Assembly (NCBI RefSeq): GCF_001194135.2
Contig: NC_068984.1
Location: 144,485,821-144,549,820 of the forward strand
DNA from: Octopus bimaculoides
Lineage: Eukaryota
Direction: 5' to 3'
Length of the DNA stretch: 64,000 bases
Below are positions 1 through 12,660 of this stretch, piece by piece (position 1 is the stretch's first letter; each line of letters opens with the position of its first letter). The notes below the pieces were generated by a model, which was not told the origin of the DNA, ran no database searches, and was given only the letters and a program-made list of their open reading frames with translations. The translations under genes were made by a program, and so were the position numbers.

Positions 1-356
1 GGAAATCAATGTAAGATTTATTTCTTTTCCAACACCTCAGCTAACCTCAAAACTCACACATCAGCAGTGAAATATTTTATCATATAAAGAAATATTTGAA
101 GATAAACAACAAGCAATACTATAATAAGCCCAACGTCTGAGATTAGCAAGAAGGGATTAGCGGATACGGTCAATCCCAGCACTTGACTGGTTCTTTGTTT
201 TATCAACCCCTGAAGGAGGAATGGCAAAAGTTAACCTTGGTGGGATTCAAATTCAAAACACAAAGGCTTGGAACTAAAACTGCAAGCCATATTGTTTAAC
301 ATTCCAATGATTTCACCATTCCACCATTGTAATAGTAATAATAATAATAATAATAA

Positions 357-780
357 TCCTTTCTACTGGAGGCACAAGGCCTCAAATTTGTGGGGTGGGG
401 ACTAGACGATTATATTGACCCCAGTGTTTCACTGGTACTTAATTTATCGACCCCGAAAGGATGAAAGGCAAAGTTGACCTCAGCAGAATTTGAACTCAGT
501 TCATAGATGGGCAAAATACTGAGCATTTCGTCCAGCACGCTAATGATTCTGCCAGCTCGCCACCTTAATAATAATAATTCTTCCTGTTGTAGGCATAAGG
601 CCTGAAATTTGGGGGAAGGATTAAGTCAATTACATCGACCCCCAGTACTCAACTGGTACTTAATTTATTGATCCTGAAAGGCAAAGCTGACTTTGGTGGG
701 ATTGAACTCAGAAACTGAAGTTGGAAGAAATGCTGTTATGTATTTTGTCTGGCATGGTGACAATTCTGCGAGCTTGCCAC
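357..780 (-). mobile_element. Tandem pair of tRNA-derived SINEs, family A
   Basis: Two copies (about 357-566 and 578-780) of the aggcggtgagctggcagaa...gagttcaaattc...gtcgactttgcctttcatcctttcggggtcgat consensus, separated by (TAA)n. Confidence 0.85.
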
Positions 781-1483
781 ATTAATAATTCTAATTTTGG
801 CACAATGCCAGCAATTTTGAAGAGAAGCAATTAGGCAACACCATTGACCTCAGTACTTTATTCCATCAATGCCCTCCTTCTATGAAGGCCAGGGGTTGGA
901 CAGTTTCACAGGAGCTGGCAAGACGGACGACTGCGGCAAACTCTGCTTTGGCATGGTTTTTACAGCTGGACACTTTTCCTAATGCCAACCACTTTACAGA
1001 GAGGACTGGATGCTTTTTACATGGCACCAGCACCAGTCAAGGTCTATTTTGGCATATTTCTTACAGCTGGATGCCCTTCCTTCTGGAGTTGATACAACAA
1101 AGGACCAGCAGAGTGATGGAATCAATGCTACTGACCAACCTGCTCCCTTTAAATTTCAGGCCTTGTACAAATCGTAGAAATCAATATTGTTATCAATATT
1201 ACTTGCTGTTTACCTGCTCTTATTTTTCTGTGTGGGGGAATATTTTATTGTTATATCAGTACAGACATAATTGCAGAGTAATGAAGTCAGCTTTGCCGCA
1301 GAAGTGCTTCCAGTGTTTTGATGCTAACGCAAGGCACACCTTGGGTAAGTGTCTTCAACTGTAGAGTGAAATTGTGATGGTGTGTGTCAGATAATTTCCT
1401 GTCTTCTGGGTGGGTCATGAAGCCAATAACACATGCACTGGCTTTATTTCACTTCTTTTATTATTATTAGCCAATTGGTTTTA

Positions 1484-1680
1484 TGGCGGTGCGCTGGCAG
1501 AATTGGTATCCTGCTGGACAAAATGTTTAGAGCTATTTTGTCCGTCTTTAGGTTCTGAGTTCAAATTCCGCTGAAATCGACTTTGCCTTTCAGGCTTGAT
1601 CAAATAAGTACCAGTTGAGCATTGGGGGCGAGGTGTAATTGACCTACCACCCTCCCCCAAACTTACTGGCCTTGTGTCGA
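1484..1680 (+). mobile_element. SINE family A
   Basis: ggcggtgcgctggcag head, B box gagttcaaattc, shared core. Confidence 0.8.
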
Positions 1681-1994
1681 TTATTAGTCAATTGGTTAAC
1701 TAATCAATTGTTTGATTAATTGTTTGGTCAATCAACAAATCAGCTAGATTTGTCAAAGTCCTGGTTTATATGCATACATTGATATTTGAGTGTGTGTGTT
1801 TGTGTACATATATGAATGGAAAAAACTATGCTAAAAGGTAGACTTTAGCCATTTGTTAAATAGAGATTGATAAAATAAGGAGTAGAGTAAACTAAGCACT
1901 GGAGTTAATATGAGAGAAGCTTCAAGGTTGGAAGTTCCAGCATGATCACAGTTCAATGACTGAATTTAGTAAAAGAATAAAAAAAATGAACTTG

Positions 1995-2137
1995 GTCAGT
2001 AGCTTGCTTCCCAACCACATGGTCCCAGGGTCAGTCCCACTCTGTGGCATCTTGGGCAAGTGTCTTCTACTATAGCCTCGGGCTGACCAAAGCCTTGTGT
2101 GTGGATTTGGTAGATGGAAACTGAAAGAAGCCCATCG

Positions 2138-2195
<58 letters not shown>

Positions 2196-2398
2196 TGTGT
2201 GTCTGTTTGTCCCCCCACCACCACCATCGCTTGACAACTGATATTGGTGTGTTTACATCCTCGTAACTTAGCTGTTCAGCAAAAGAAACTGACAGAATAA
2301 GTACTAGGCTTACAAAGAATAAGCCTTGGGGTTGATCTCTTCGACTAAAGGCGGTGCTCCAGCATGGCCACAGTCAAATGACAAACAAGTAAAAGCAT
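1995..2398 (+). mobile_element. Composite CORE-like SINE, family B (5' half, internal (TA)n, 3' half)
   Basis: ggttcagtcccact...cttgggcaagtgtcttctactatagcc...gaaactgaaagaagccc, then (TA)n, then gtttgtcccc...cagcatggccacagtcaaatgac. The accttgggcaag motif resembles the CORE domain. Confidence 0.85.
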
Positions 2399-3100
2399 AA
2401 CAGAAAATACAGTGAGCTAGTGAAGGAGTTTCTATTTAGTCAAATTACTTTACTCAGAGTAGCAGCCAAATTTCCCTCAACAATCCTCCCCCCGCCCCAC
2501 CGTCTTCAAAATAAAGACCACATGTGCCAGCAAGGAAGGTCACTCGATTGGTTTAATATAAAAGCCAAATATCTCAATGGGAACCATATGAGCCAGTGAC
2601 AGAAAGGAGTGTCTGTAGGGTGGGCATGAGAGAAAAAGGCAGAGATATACACATGGACAGATAGATATACAGACAGATATATAGGTATACGGATAGATAT
2701 ATAGAAATACGAATAGATACACAGACAGCTAGATAGATATACAGACATATAAATATTTATACAGCTATATAGAGATATGGATAGATATACAGACAGATAC
2801 AAAGATATACGAATAGATATACAGACAGCTATATAGATAGATGGACGGATGAATGGATAGATATAGAGACAGATGGCGGAACTGTCAGGCAGGTAGGTGA
2901 GCAGATGGATTATCTTTATCCATCCCATTTCTCAGGACTCCACAATCCAACTTCAGCATGGAATAGTATTTTAACAAGTAGAACCACCCTGCTAACAAAC
3001 AACAACAATACTTATACTGACTGACATCCTGTTCAAATTCCTCTTTCATACATTCTTCAACTTGTATATATTATTACATTTTAGAATTTCTAGTGGTTCT

Positions 3101-3172
3101 GAGCGAGCGAGCGAGCGAGCGAGTGAGTGAGTGAGTGAGTGAGTGAGTGAGTGAGTGAGTGAGTGAGTGAGT
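3101..3172 (+). repeat. Compound (GAGC)n(GAGT)n microsatellite
   Basis: Direct reading. Confidence 0.95.
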
Positions 3173-5140
3173 ATACATAGTGGAAGTGTATGAGAGTCAA
3201 TGATGAAGTGGGTGATGCAGAGTTGAATAGCTTGTCAGTGTGTGTGTGTATGTGTGAATGTGCTTGTGTATATGTGTGTGTATGTATATATATATATATA
3301 TATATATATAGGTCATGTATACTCTTGAATAACATTACAACACTGGTGTGTGGGTGTGCAATGGGGGGGTGGGGTGATTTCCCAGTAAGGAAGATCACAG
3401 GAAACGCATCATGTGATTGAAAACATTTTATCTGTGTGTGTGTGTGTGTGACCTCCTCTCATATTCAGCCTGCTTCTTTCTCTCCAACTGTATCCCCCCC
3501 CCCACTTCTCTCTCTCTCTCTCTCTCTCCCTTCTTGTCAGTCTCTTTCTCTCTCAGTCACTCTATCAATCTCTCCTGCCAATCATCCAGAGAGGTTTCAT
3601 TTTGTTTTTTCCTCTAATTTTCCTATCAGTAGGAAAGAGAAAGAAAACAAAAATAGTTTATTTTCTACAGCACCTCCCCACCCAACTCCTCCTGGTGCTT
3701 CCTGCTGTCCCCCCACCCCCCGCGGGCCTCTCCTCATAACAGCACCACACTAGATTTGTTTCCTCCACACCTAAATTTGCATTCTAGAAACCCTGACCTA
3801 TACCTGAACACCAACCATATCAATCTCCTCACCAGACTGGAAAGACCCGCAAAGGTCACGGGAGCTGCCCATCCTTTTCTGACTCACTTATAATGATAAT
3901 AATAATAATAATAATTTCTTTTATTAGCCACGGGACATCGTTGTGGAGGGGAGCATCACAAGGGCAGACAATAATTTGGGTGAAGATTTACATAATAGAC
4001 AGAGAGAAAGAAATGGAAAAAGCATTGAAATGTGATAAAAGTATATATAATATAGGATGGTATGTGATAACATGAATGATCCAGTTCTTCAGATATGGGA
4101 GAAAATCCCAACTAGGGTCAATCAAGGAACCCCAAAGATCCAGGAAAGCTTTGACCACCAAAGGTATGAACCCTTCACTTTCACTGTTTTTGCCACAAGA
4201 GAGAGTTTGTAGAGGCCTTAAATACTGCCCTACTTTTACAGTTAGCAAACAAAGGAAAACCAAACAATAGGCTGGCAGAGTCATTAGAGAATGGGGTAGA
4301 TTGTTTGCTAGTACTCTTTCTGGCTCCCTAGATTGTGAGTTCAAATCCTACTGTGGTCGACTTTGATTGTGAATGGTGGTGCCTTGGCACAGCCACAGCG
4401 TTTGGACTGAAACACGTAGAAGAATAAAGGAATAATGTATGAAGTAAAAAGAACAACAACTGAGTCTGGAGCAAGGGATCTTCCACAATGCAGTGAGATC
4501 AAAGGTTAAAAGGAGGGTAAAATGGTTTGGATGTTCAATCCTCAGTCATACATTATTCGATCACTCCCAAACATTGCTCTCTTCACATCACTCATTACAG
4601 CATACATATTATATTACTCATGCTATGTCATTCATAACTTACACCCACTCATGTCCGTGTGTGCTCGTTTCATTCAAGTTACACCACTTGTATTACACCA
4701 CTCACATTACATCACTCGCATCAAACCATCACCACTGCAGTTCTCCCATTGTTAGTTTGTATAAGTGATCCTGTTAAGTCTGTCTAATGTGGTCATAGTG
4801 GTGGTGGTGGTGGTGGTGGTGGTTATTAATGAAGGTGAGATAAAAATCATTCAAAATAATTAAGCAACTAGTAGCAGAGTGATTTTAACTCATCAAAGAG
4901 ACATTCTTCTACTGTATTCAAGCCCTGGACTACAACCATGCTAGGGGTACCACCTTTAAGGGTTCAACCCACCCCAGTTCAATCAGGTTCTTCTTTATTT
5001 TTTTTTTTTTGTTGAAACTCATAATATACACAACACCATGCTACGGTATATTATTAATCATTATTATTATTATTATAGGCATAGGTGTGTGTGTGTGTGG
5101 GGGGGGATAATAGGCACATGTGTGATTCATAGGCACAAGT

Positions 5141-5492
5141 GTGACTGTGTGGATAGGCACAGCTGTGTGGTAAGAAGTTTGCTTCCCAACCACAAGGTTC
5201 CAGGTTCAGTCCCACTGCATGGCACTTTGGGCAAGTACCTTCTACTCTAGCCTTGGGCCAACCAAAACCTTGTGAGTGGATTTGGTAGATGGAAACTGAA
5301 AGAAGCCTACTGTGTGTGAGTGCGAGTATAGGAAGGGCAATGGCGTTAGGAAGGGCATCCAGCTGTAGAAACTCTGCCAAATCAGACTGGAGCCTGGTGT
5401 TGCCATCCGGTTTCACCAGTCCTCAGTCAAATCGTCCAACCCATGCTAGCATGGAAAGCGGACGTTAAACGATGATGATGATGATGATGATG

Positions 5493-5524
<32 letters not shown>

Positions 5525-5632
5525 TGTGTGCTTATGTCCTCCACTGCCACTTGACAACCGGTGTTAGTGTGTTTATGTCCCTGCAACTTAGCAGTTCAGT
5601 AAAAGACTAACAGAATAAGTACCAGGCCTAAA
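5141..5632 (+). mobile_element. Family B SINE interrupted by an RTE-tail element
   Basis: B 5' half 5141-5313, RTE-tail repeat 5340-5495 ending in (GAT)n, B 3' half 5520-5632. Confidence 0.75.
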
Positions 5633-5716
5633 AATTTAGCTGACCAGACCACCCACCCCTCCAATTTTTCTGCCTTGTGCCTTCTGTGGAAACATTTATA
5701 AGCTATTGCAGCATGT

Positions 5717-5934
5717 AAGCCATTCAAGAACACACAAAATCCGTTAGTTTCACTTCAACATTTAATTTTCATTTGTGTCAGAATTCGTTGCTTTGAAACC
5801 GTGACCTGTTCGTTGCAGCACCAAGTTTTGTCAGCAAACAGGATGCAGTTTCAAAGTGACGAAAATATTTCGACACAAATGAAAATTAAATGTCGAAGTG
5901 AAACTAACAGCTTTTCTGTATTCTTGAATGGTTT
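5717..5934. mobile_element. Hairpin MITE (arms about 85 bp)
   Basis: aagccattcaagaa...ttagtttcacttcaacatttaattttcatttgtgtc...tttgaaac is mirrored by gtttcaaa...gacacaaatgaaaattaaatgtcgaagtgaaactaa...ttcttgaatggttt. Confidence 0.75.
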
Positions 5935-6491
5935 ACAAACATCTTCCACACTACAATTGTTTTTGTTTCAGCACATGATCTCAGATCAAGTCACTTGCTA
6001 TGCAAGTACATCTTTGTAATTATTTATAAGCATTCACCAAAAATTAGAATTCATGTGACACTCTAATAACAGGATTATGAAAGAAAATTAATATTTCAAC
6101 ACACCCAGTCAAAAACAAGGTTTGCCGTCACTGCAACAGAGTCAACATTGTTTACATGGAAGAAAAGAGGTTTATCGTTAAGGCAGTGAGCTGGTAAGGG
6201 TGGAGGACAGCAATTTTGAGGGGAGGGGGACAAGTTGATTAGGCTAATCCTCATTATTTGATGGACACTTTATTTTATCAACCCCACGAAGGGATGAAAG
6301 ATAAAGCTGACCGTGGTAGGGTTTGAACTCGGAATGTAAAGAGCTGAAAGAAATTCTGCTGAGTATTTTGACTGATGTGCTAACAATTCCACCAGTTCTG
6401 CTGTCTTTGTTCAACTTTTGTCAAACATAAACAAACAAATGAACAAAACACAGTTTGTCACACCACAAATGCTAAAATTACTGGTTATTTA

Positions 6492-6531
<40 letters not shown>

Positions 6532-6533
<2 letters not shown>

Positions 6534-6970
6534 GGCGGTAAAAGGCAGCAAGTTGACAGAATCGGTAGCACACCAGGCAAAGTGCTGAGCAGTATTTCGT
6601 CTACTGCTACATTCTGAGTTCAAATTCCACCAAAGTCGACTTTGACTTTAATTTTTCGGGGTTGATAAATTAAGTACCAGTGAAACACTGGGGACAATGT
6701 AATCAACTACTACTCTCCCCCAAAATTTCAGGCCTTGTGCCTATAGTAGAAAGGATTATTAAGGCGGTGAGTAGGCAGAATCGTTAGCTGGACAAAACGG
6801 TTAGCGGCATTTTGTTTATCTTGATGTTCCGAGTTCAAATTCCACTGACGTTGCCTTTCTCCTTTCGGGGTTGATGAAATAAATACCAGTTGAACACTGA
6901 AGATGATGTAATCGCCTTACACACTTCCCACAAATTGCTGACTTTGTACCAAAATTTGAAACCATTATTA
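6532..6970 (+). mobile_element. Tandem pair of family A SINEs
   Basis: Heads at 6532 and 6761, preceded by (ATT)n. Confidence 0.85.
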
Positions 6971-9009
6971 TTATCATTTGTTATGCAGTCACACAATTTG
7001 TAGAACGTTGCATTAATTGCCCTGCACAATTTAGTAATGATATCCTTTCATAGTCTGCATTTAACTGAGGTTAAATTTGCTTTCCATCTTTTCTTCTTCT
7101 TTTGCCAAACAGCAAAAGCACTATCAACACCACCTCCACCATTCTGGTAGGAGTTGGACAGTTTGACAGGATTCAACAGTTTAGAGGACAATAATAAGCG
7201 GCAATGTCTGCTTTGGCATGGTTTCTGTAGCAGGATGCTCTTTCAGTGTGGATAAAATACACAGCCATGTAATGGAATGGGAACGAGTGTCAATATAATC
7301 AACCATACTCACCCCCCATCACTCTTTCTCCTATTTTAGTCATCATTATTATATGTACCAATTCAATAATGGAGACATCTTAATTTACACCTTCTCCTCA
7401 AATTTATGACTGAATGCCAATGTTGCATTTTTATCTCATATCATTCATTGTTTTTTTTTTTGTTTTTGACAGAAATGTTGTCACAAATTTTCATCAGGTT
7501 AATCAATCACTGATTTTCGACATTTATGATAAAAGCAAATACACACACACACACACACACACACACATCCCATTGTGGCAGGTTTGATAATTGCCAAGAC
7601 TTCTCAGCATGAAACTGGTGGTAGCCTTGTTAACCCACAAAATACAAACACATATGCTGGTGCCATATACAAAGTACCTAGTTACGTTGTAAAGTGGTTG
7701 GCATTTGGCTGTAGAAACCAAGCTAAGACAGACATTGGGGAATGATGGTGCCCCCTGGCTTGATAGTTCCTGTCAAATGGTTCATCTCATGCCAGTATGC
7801 AAAATGGATGTTAAACGCTGATGATGATGATGACATATTTACATACATACAGGGACATATATATATACACACACACATACAAGTGTGTGTGTGTAAAAGG
7901 TCCTTTTTACTCTTTTTGAAGACATGAGAACCTCTGGGGTCATGAAGAAAGCACTGTACACATTCTGCAAAGTGGCTGGTGTTAGGGAGGGCATCCAATT
8001 GTAGAGACCAGGACTAAAATCTATGAGTGAAATGCAGCCCTGTGACCAATTTAGGAAAGCAGTAATGACCTGTCCAGCCTATGCCAGTATGGAATGAGTA
8101 CAGAAAATGATGACGATGCTGAACACATGCACACAGCCAGCTTTTCGCAGAGTTCCTGTCAACCAAATTCACCCAGCAGGCATTGGTCAACTTGAGGCTT
8201 TAACAGAAAACACTTGCATCTAGGTGTGCTGTCCAGGAGGATTGAACCTAAAATCTCAAGGTTTGTTAACCAGTCATTAAAAAGTACCACCATCACCAAT
8301 ACCCCCATGACCACTCCTACCAATAAAATAATACCATTACTACTGTTCTACAGTTAGTACAGCTACCACAAACGAGGAGGCCTCTACATGATCACTCAAC
8401 CTGCAAGAAATAGCAGAAAAATTTTCCTCATTTTCTATCGTCTTAAACAGGGAAGGTCAGTGTAATCTGATCTCCTGGGCCTAAAGAAAGAGAGAAAAAG
8501 ATGGGATGGTCGCATGTGGAAAGTCTTTGCTCATTGACCTACTTGAGGAAGAGGAGGGCAGATCTGGGACTAAACAACAGCAAAAGTACTACCACCATCA
8601 TCTACATTACCATCAATATTTCTATGAGAACTACTACTACCACCACAACTACCATCAGTACCATTACTACTACTACTACTACTAGTAGTAGCATTTAACT
8701 TTGTGATTCTAAAGTAAGTATATTTATGTAATATTGAAGTAATTACTGAGAACAGAGAGAGAAAGAGAGAGAAAGAGAGAGAGGAAAAAAGAGACATACA
8801 CACCTCACCACCAGTGCACTGCCCATCCCCCTCCTCCTCCTCCACACAAAATGTGTACAAAATGTGGTCAGTACAAGAATCTATATATTCAATTAAGGAC
8901 CAAGAGAGGATAAATATGTCTGTAATTGGTGGAGGCATGGCTGGGTGGGAAGAAGCTCCATTGGGTGGCACCTTGGGCCTCCTACTATGCCCTCTGGCCG
9001 ATTAAGAGT

Positions 9010-9067
<58 letters not shown>

Positions 9068-9159
9068 CAGATAGAGAGAGAAAGAGATGCAACCGCCACA
9101 TACTATAGGATAACACCACAGTCATACATGATATAATACAGCTGTATACTACAGTTTTT

Positions 9160-9330
9160 ATATTTAAGAGATGAGGAACTATTTACATTATTTACATTTG
9201 ATGGATATTTGTCCTCATCTAGTTTGTTGTTAACACAACGTTTCAGCTGATATACCCTCCAGCCTTCATCAGCTGTCTTGGGGAAATTTCGAACCAGGGT
9301 TCTCATTCCTAAGGTATTTTTTGATGATGT
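9160..9330 (-). mobile_element. Penelope-like element terminal-repeat fragment carrying the hammerhead
   Basis: Contains the hammerhead motif. About 75 bp is repeated inverted at 9552-9628. Confidence 0.5.
9232..9279 (-). ncRNA. Minimal type I hammerhead ribozyme motif (Penelope-type)
   Basis: Minus strand reads aagacag CTGATGA a ggctgg-agggtata-tcagct GAAA CG TT gtgtt. Intact core boxes, 6-bp stem II, palindromic AACGTT mini-stem III, stem I gaca/tgtt with one G-G mismatch next to the core. Confidence 0.65.
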
Positions 9331-9441
9331 TATTCATCATCATTGTTTAACGTCCGCTTTCTATGCTAGCATGGGTTGGACGATTTGACTGAGGACTGGT
9401 GGAACCCGAAGGCTACACCAGGCTCCAATTATTATTATTAT

Positions 9442-9473
<32 letters not shown>

Positions 9474-9514
9474 ACCACCCCAAAATTCTGAGTTCAATTC
9501 CAGGCAGTGACCTA

Positions 9515-9548
<34 letters not shown>

Positions 9549-9551
9549 TTG

Positions 9552-9628
9552 AAAAATACCTTAGGAATGAAAACCCTGGTTCGAAATTTCCCCAAGACAC
9601 CTGATGAAGACTGCAGGGTGTATCGGCA
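9552..9628 (+). mobile_element. Truncated inverted copy of the Penelope-like repeat (hammerhead cut off after stem II)
   Basis: aaaataccttaggaatg...ccaagacacCTGATGAagactgcagggtgtatcggc is the reverse complement of about 9245-9320 with a few substitutions. Confidence 0.6.
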
Positions 9629-9633
9629 CAGGA

Positions 9634-9880
9634 GCCAGTCAGGTGGTCCTGGCATCGATCACATTCAGAAAGTGCTTTTTACGTGCCACCGGCATGGGGG
9701 CCAGTCAGGGGGTACTAGCATTGGCCATGTTCGGATAGTGCTTTTTACATGCCACCGGCATGGGGGCCAGTCAGGGAATACTGGCATTGATCATGTTCAG
9801 ATAGTGCTTTTTACGTGCCACTGGCCCAGGAACCAGTCAGGGGGTACTGACATTGGCCAAGTTCGGATGGTGCTTTTTTT
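9634..9880 (+). repeat. 66-bp tandem array, about 4 units, with alternating dimer structure
   Basis: (g/a)ccagtcagg recurs at 9634, 9700, 9766 and 9832. Confidence 0.9.
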
Positions 9881-11669
9881 CATTTTTAAAGATTTTCTTC
9901 TTAGTAAAGAAGTACCAAACTATAGCCATGTGTTTACATCTAGCTAAACACTGTGTCTTTGGGCAGATATGTGGAGCCAATTTGGAAGCCAATGAATAAT
10001 AATAAAAATCTACATAGAATTGAACCCAAATCACCACTTGTGCTGATGTTGCAGTATACAGTACGCATTTAACCTAGTTTTCAGATTACCTAAAGTGCTA
10101 ACTTCTAGTGAGACCATATGCCAAGGCAATGCACAAGATTTCAACTGAGTTATTGTACAGCATTGTCTGTGTGTGGGTCATTCGGTTACAGTAGAGAACC
10201 TACAAGAATGTACTCTTAGAGTGATTATATATTTATAGACATTCGTTAATGATAGGTTAATGAAGTTGTGTGCTAACAGAAGACAACATACATATTTAAA
10301 CACACACAAAAAAGACGTCATCAATCAATGTTGGAGTTAGTAAACATTATTCTTGTCAAAGACTGGCTTTCATTGAAGATTTTTCTTTCCTTTTATTTTT
10401 CTTTATCTTTTTGTTTTGTTTGCCATTTTTGTTTTGAATTAATGGTCTTAAGTTCAGGTGAGGAAGACATTGATCAAGATATAAATTTTTTAACACAACA
10501 AAATCATTGTTTTAGTCACAAACCACAATCAGGTAGGTTTGGACGAGCAACAAGTTTTCTTTTTTTTTTCTTTTTTGTCTAGCTGTCCATTTGCGATTGT
10601 TACATCTGTGCCAACGGGAAAGATTATGCAACTGCTCAAACTGCTAGAAATAGCAAACAAATTTACCTAAATCATACCATACCACCTTAAAACAATGAAG
10701 TTACACAAATAGATATAATGGTCATTTGATTGGAATGTCTTTTATGATAAGTTTAATCAGGGCCAGCCAGAAATTATCCTTTGCAGATGGTTCTCTTAGA
10801 AATAACTCCCAGCCAGTCCATTCCAAGACTTAATGAAGAAGTAAGGTTAATAAAAGGCTACTGTATTTTATAAGGGTCAGTTAAGACATATGGAGTATGA
10901 CTGTCATTTGAAGTTGTTCAGTTGGAAAATATCGGTCATGGAAAATATTAAGAAAATATGAGGAAGATTAATAAAACATACTTGAGAGAGTTCGCCATTG
11001 TTTAACGTCCACTTTACCATGCTTGCATGAATTGGATGGAATTTGTTGAGGTGGAATTTCTATGGCGGGATGCTCTTCTTGTCACCAACCCTCACCCATT
11101 TCCAAGCAAAGTAATTTTACCCCATGGCTGGACATGTTTTCATAGAAGATTGGTAATGAAGGACACCATCTGAATTCCAATACACTTGTTTGCAACTACA
11201 ATGCAATGTCATGGGACACGGACACACACACACACACACACATACAATATGCTTCTTTCAGTTTCCATCAACCAAATCTACTCACAAAGCTTTTTCGGTC
11301 AGCCCAGGGCTACAAAAGAAGAAATTTCTCTATAGTATCACATAGTGGGACTGAACCCAGAACCATGTGGTTAGAAAGCAAATCTCTTACCACACTGTCA
11401 TGCCTGCACCTACAGAGATCAGGAGAGGTAGCTGCAGGGAGGGGAAAATACCATGGGTGTCATTAATAAGGAGAAAGAATTTAGTTGGTGCCAGAGTAAG
11501 GGTTTCGCATTGATTGCAAACTAATTTCAGCAAATCACTAAGGAAGTCTTGGAATGGTCTGTCATTGCTTTTATTTATTGTAGTTGTTTATTCTTACATG
11601 GTTTGTCAGATGAATATATTATCAAGGCATTGGTTTTTACATAGACTGGATGCTGTTCTTGTTGCCTAC

Positions 11670-11771
11670 CTTTGTTTTCCAAGTAATTAATTTCATATTC
11701 CTCATGTCTTTGAAAGTGCAAAGCCAACAAATCATGTTGATCAGGGGCAATGACATCTTCACTGCTTGTAG
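11670..11771 (-). CDS. Weak candidate 102-nt symmetric exon (ATSSEDVIAPDQHDLLALHFQRHEEYEINYLENK or LQAVKMSLPLINMICWLCTFKDMRNMKLITWKTK)
   Basis: Acceptor ttcaataattcccaag|, donor AAG|GTAGGC. Length divisible by 3, two frames open, lies in a SINE-free stretch. Confidence 0.3.
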
Positions 11772-12660
11772 CTTGGGAATTATTGAAGAATAAACACACA
11801 CACACACCTCATTAAAGAGTGGAACAGACATTTTTCTTATAATTAATGATACCATTGAGTTCTAAAAGACTTTTGACCCTAAGTTAACATGCACTATTTT
11901 CCTTTTCTATCTAGCCATAACAATGTTATATATCACGTGAGACTGCTTCTCTACTTAACAGGAACTCTTTGATACTAAAACAGGACAGTGATTTAGCTGG
12001 AAGATTGCTTAAAGAGTATTCACATTATTGACCAGTCAGGCTCAATAATTTGGTTACAATGTTATTCTAAAATAAATTTTAAAAAAAAGTTATTTTAATG
12101 GAAGATATAAAAGTGTAACACACATTGCTTAATGTCGGTCAGATGAAAAAAAAAAAAATCACTGGAAATCAGAATAATTTTCTTTTTGTTTTTCGCTTTT
12201 TTTTTTAAAAGTGCATCATTAAAACCATTGTGTAATGAGGTTCCATTATTTCTGTGAGCGGAGATGAAATTAATTTTAAATCCATTATTAACTATTATTT
12301 CTCAACTCTCATTATACAAAATTAAAAGATGACTTGTGAGCTAATTAGATTTCAAAGAACAAACAGATAACGAAGTTAGATGAAACATGAAGCTCTGACA
12401 GAGTAGAAGGGACAGAGATTGGAAGGACATTAGAAAACTAATTGAGGGAGGTAGTAATAACCGACATCCTTGTGTGGAGATGATAGAATCTGGCACAAAT
12501 ACAGATCTCACACTGGTTTACACTCTTTTCTGTCTCACGAGTTGTGTAAATTGATTTTGACAGAAGAGATTAGTCAAAACTAATGGAGCCAACCAATAGG
12601 GTTACAACAGATGTTATCAATGGTATTCAAATCCTGATCATCATCATCATCATCATCATC

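Noticed and set aside
882-1364. 160-aa plus ORF
   Set aside because: Made of an RTE-tail repeat (FLQLDxxPNANH is the recurring repeat translation) plus SINE fragments.
7473-7497. Isolated AG...GT micro-exon-like segments (also near 16310, 40365, 43810, 51260)
   Set aside because: Weak donors; such matches are expected by chance in AT-rich introns.
9549-9947. 132-aa ORF with repeated VLFTCHRHGGQSG
   Set aside because: Read-through of the 66-bp tandem array, whose unit is a multiple of 3.
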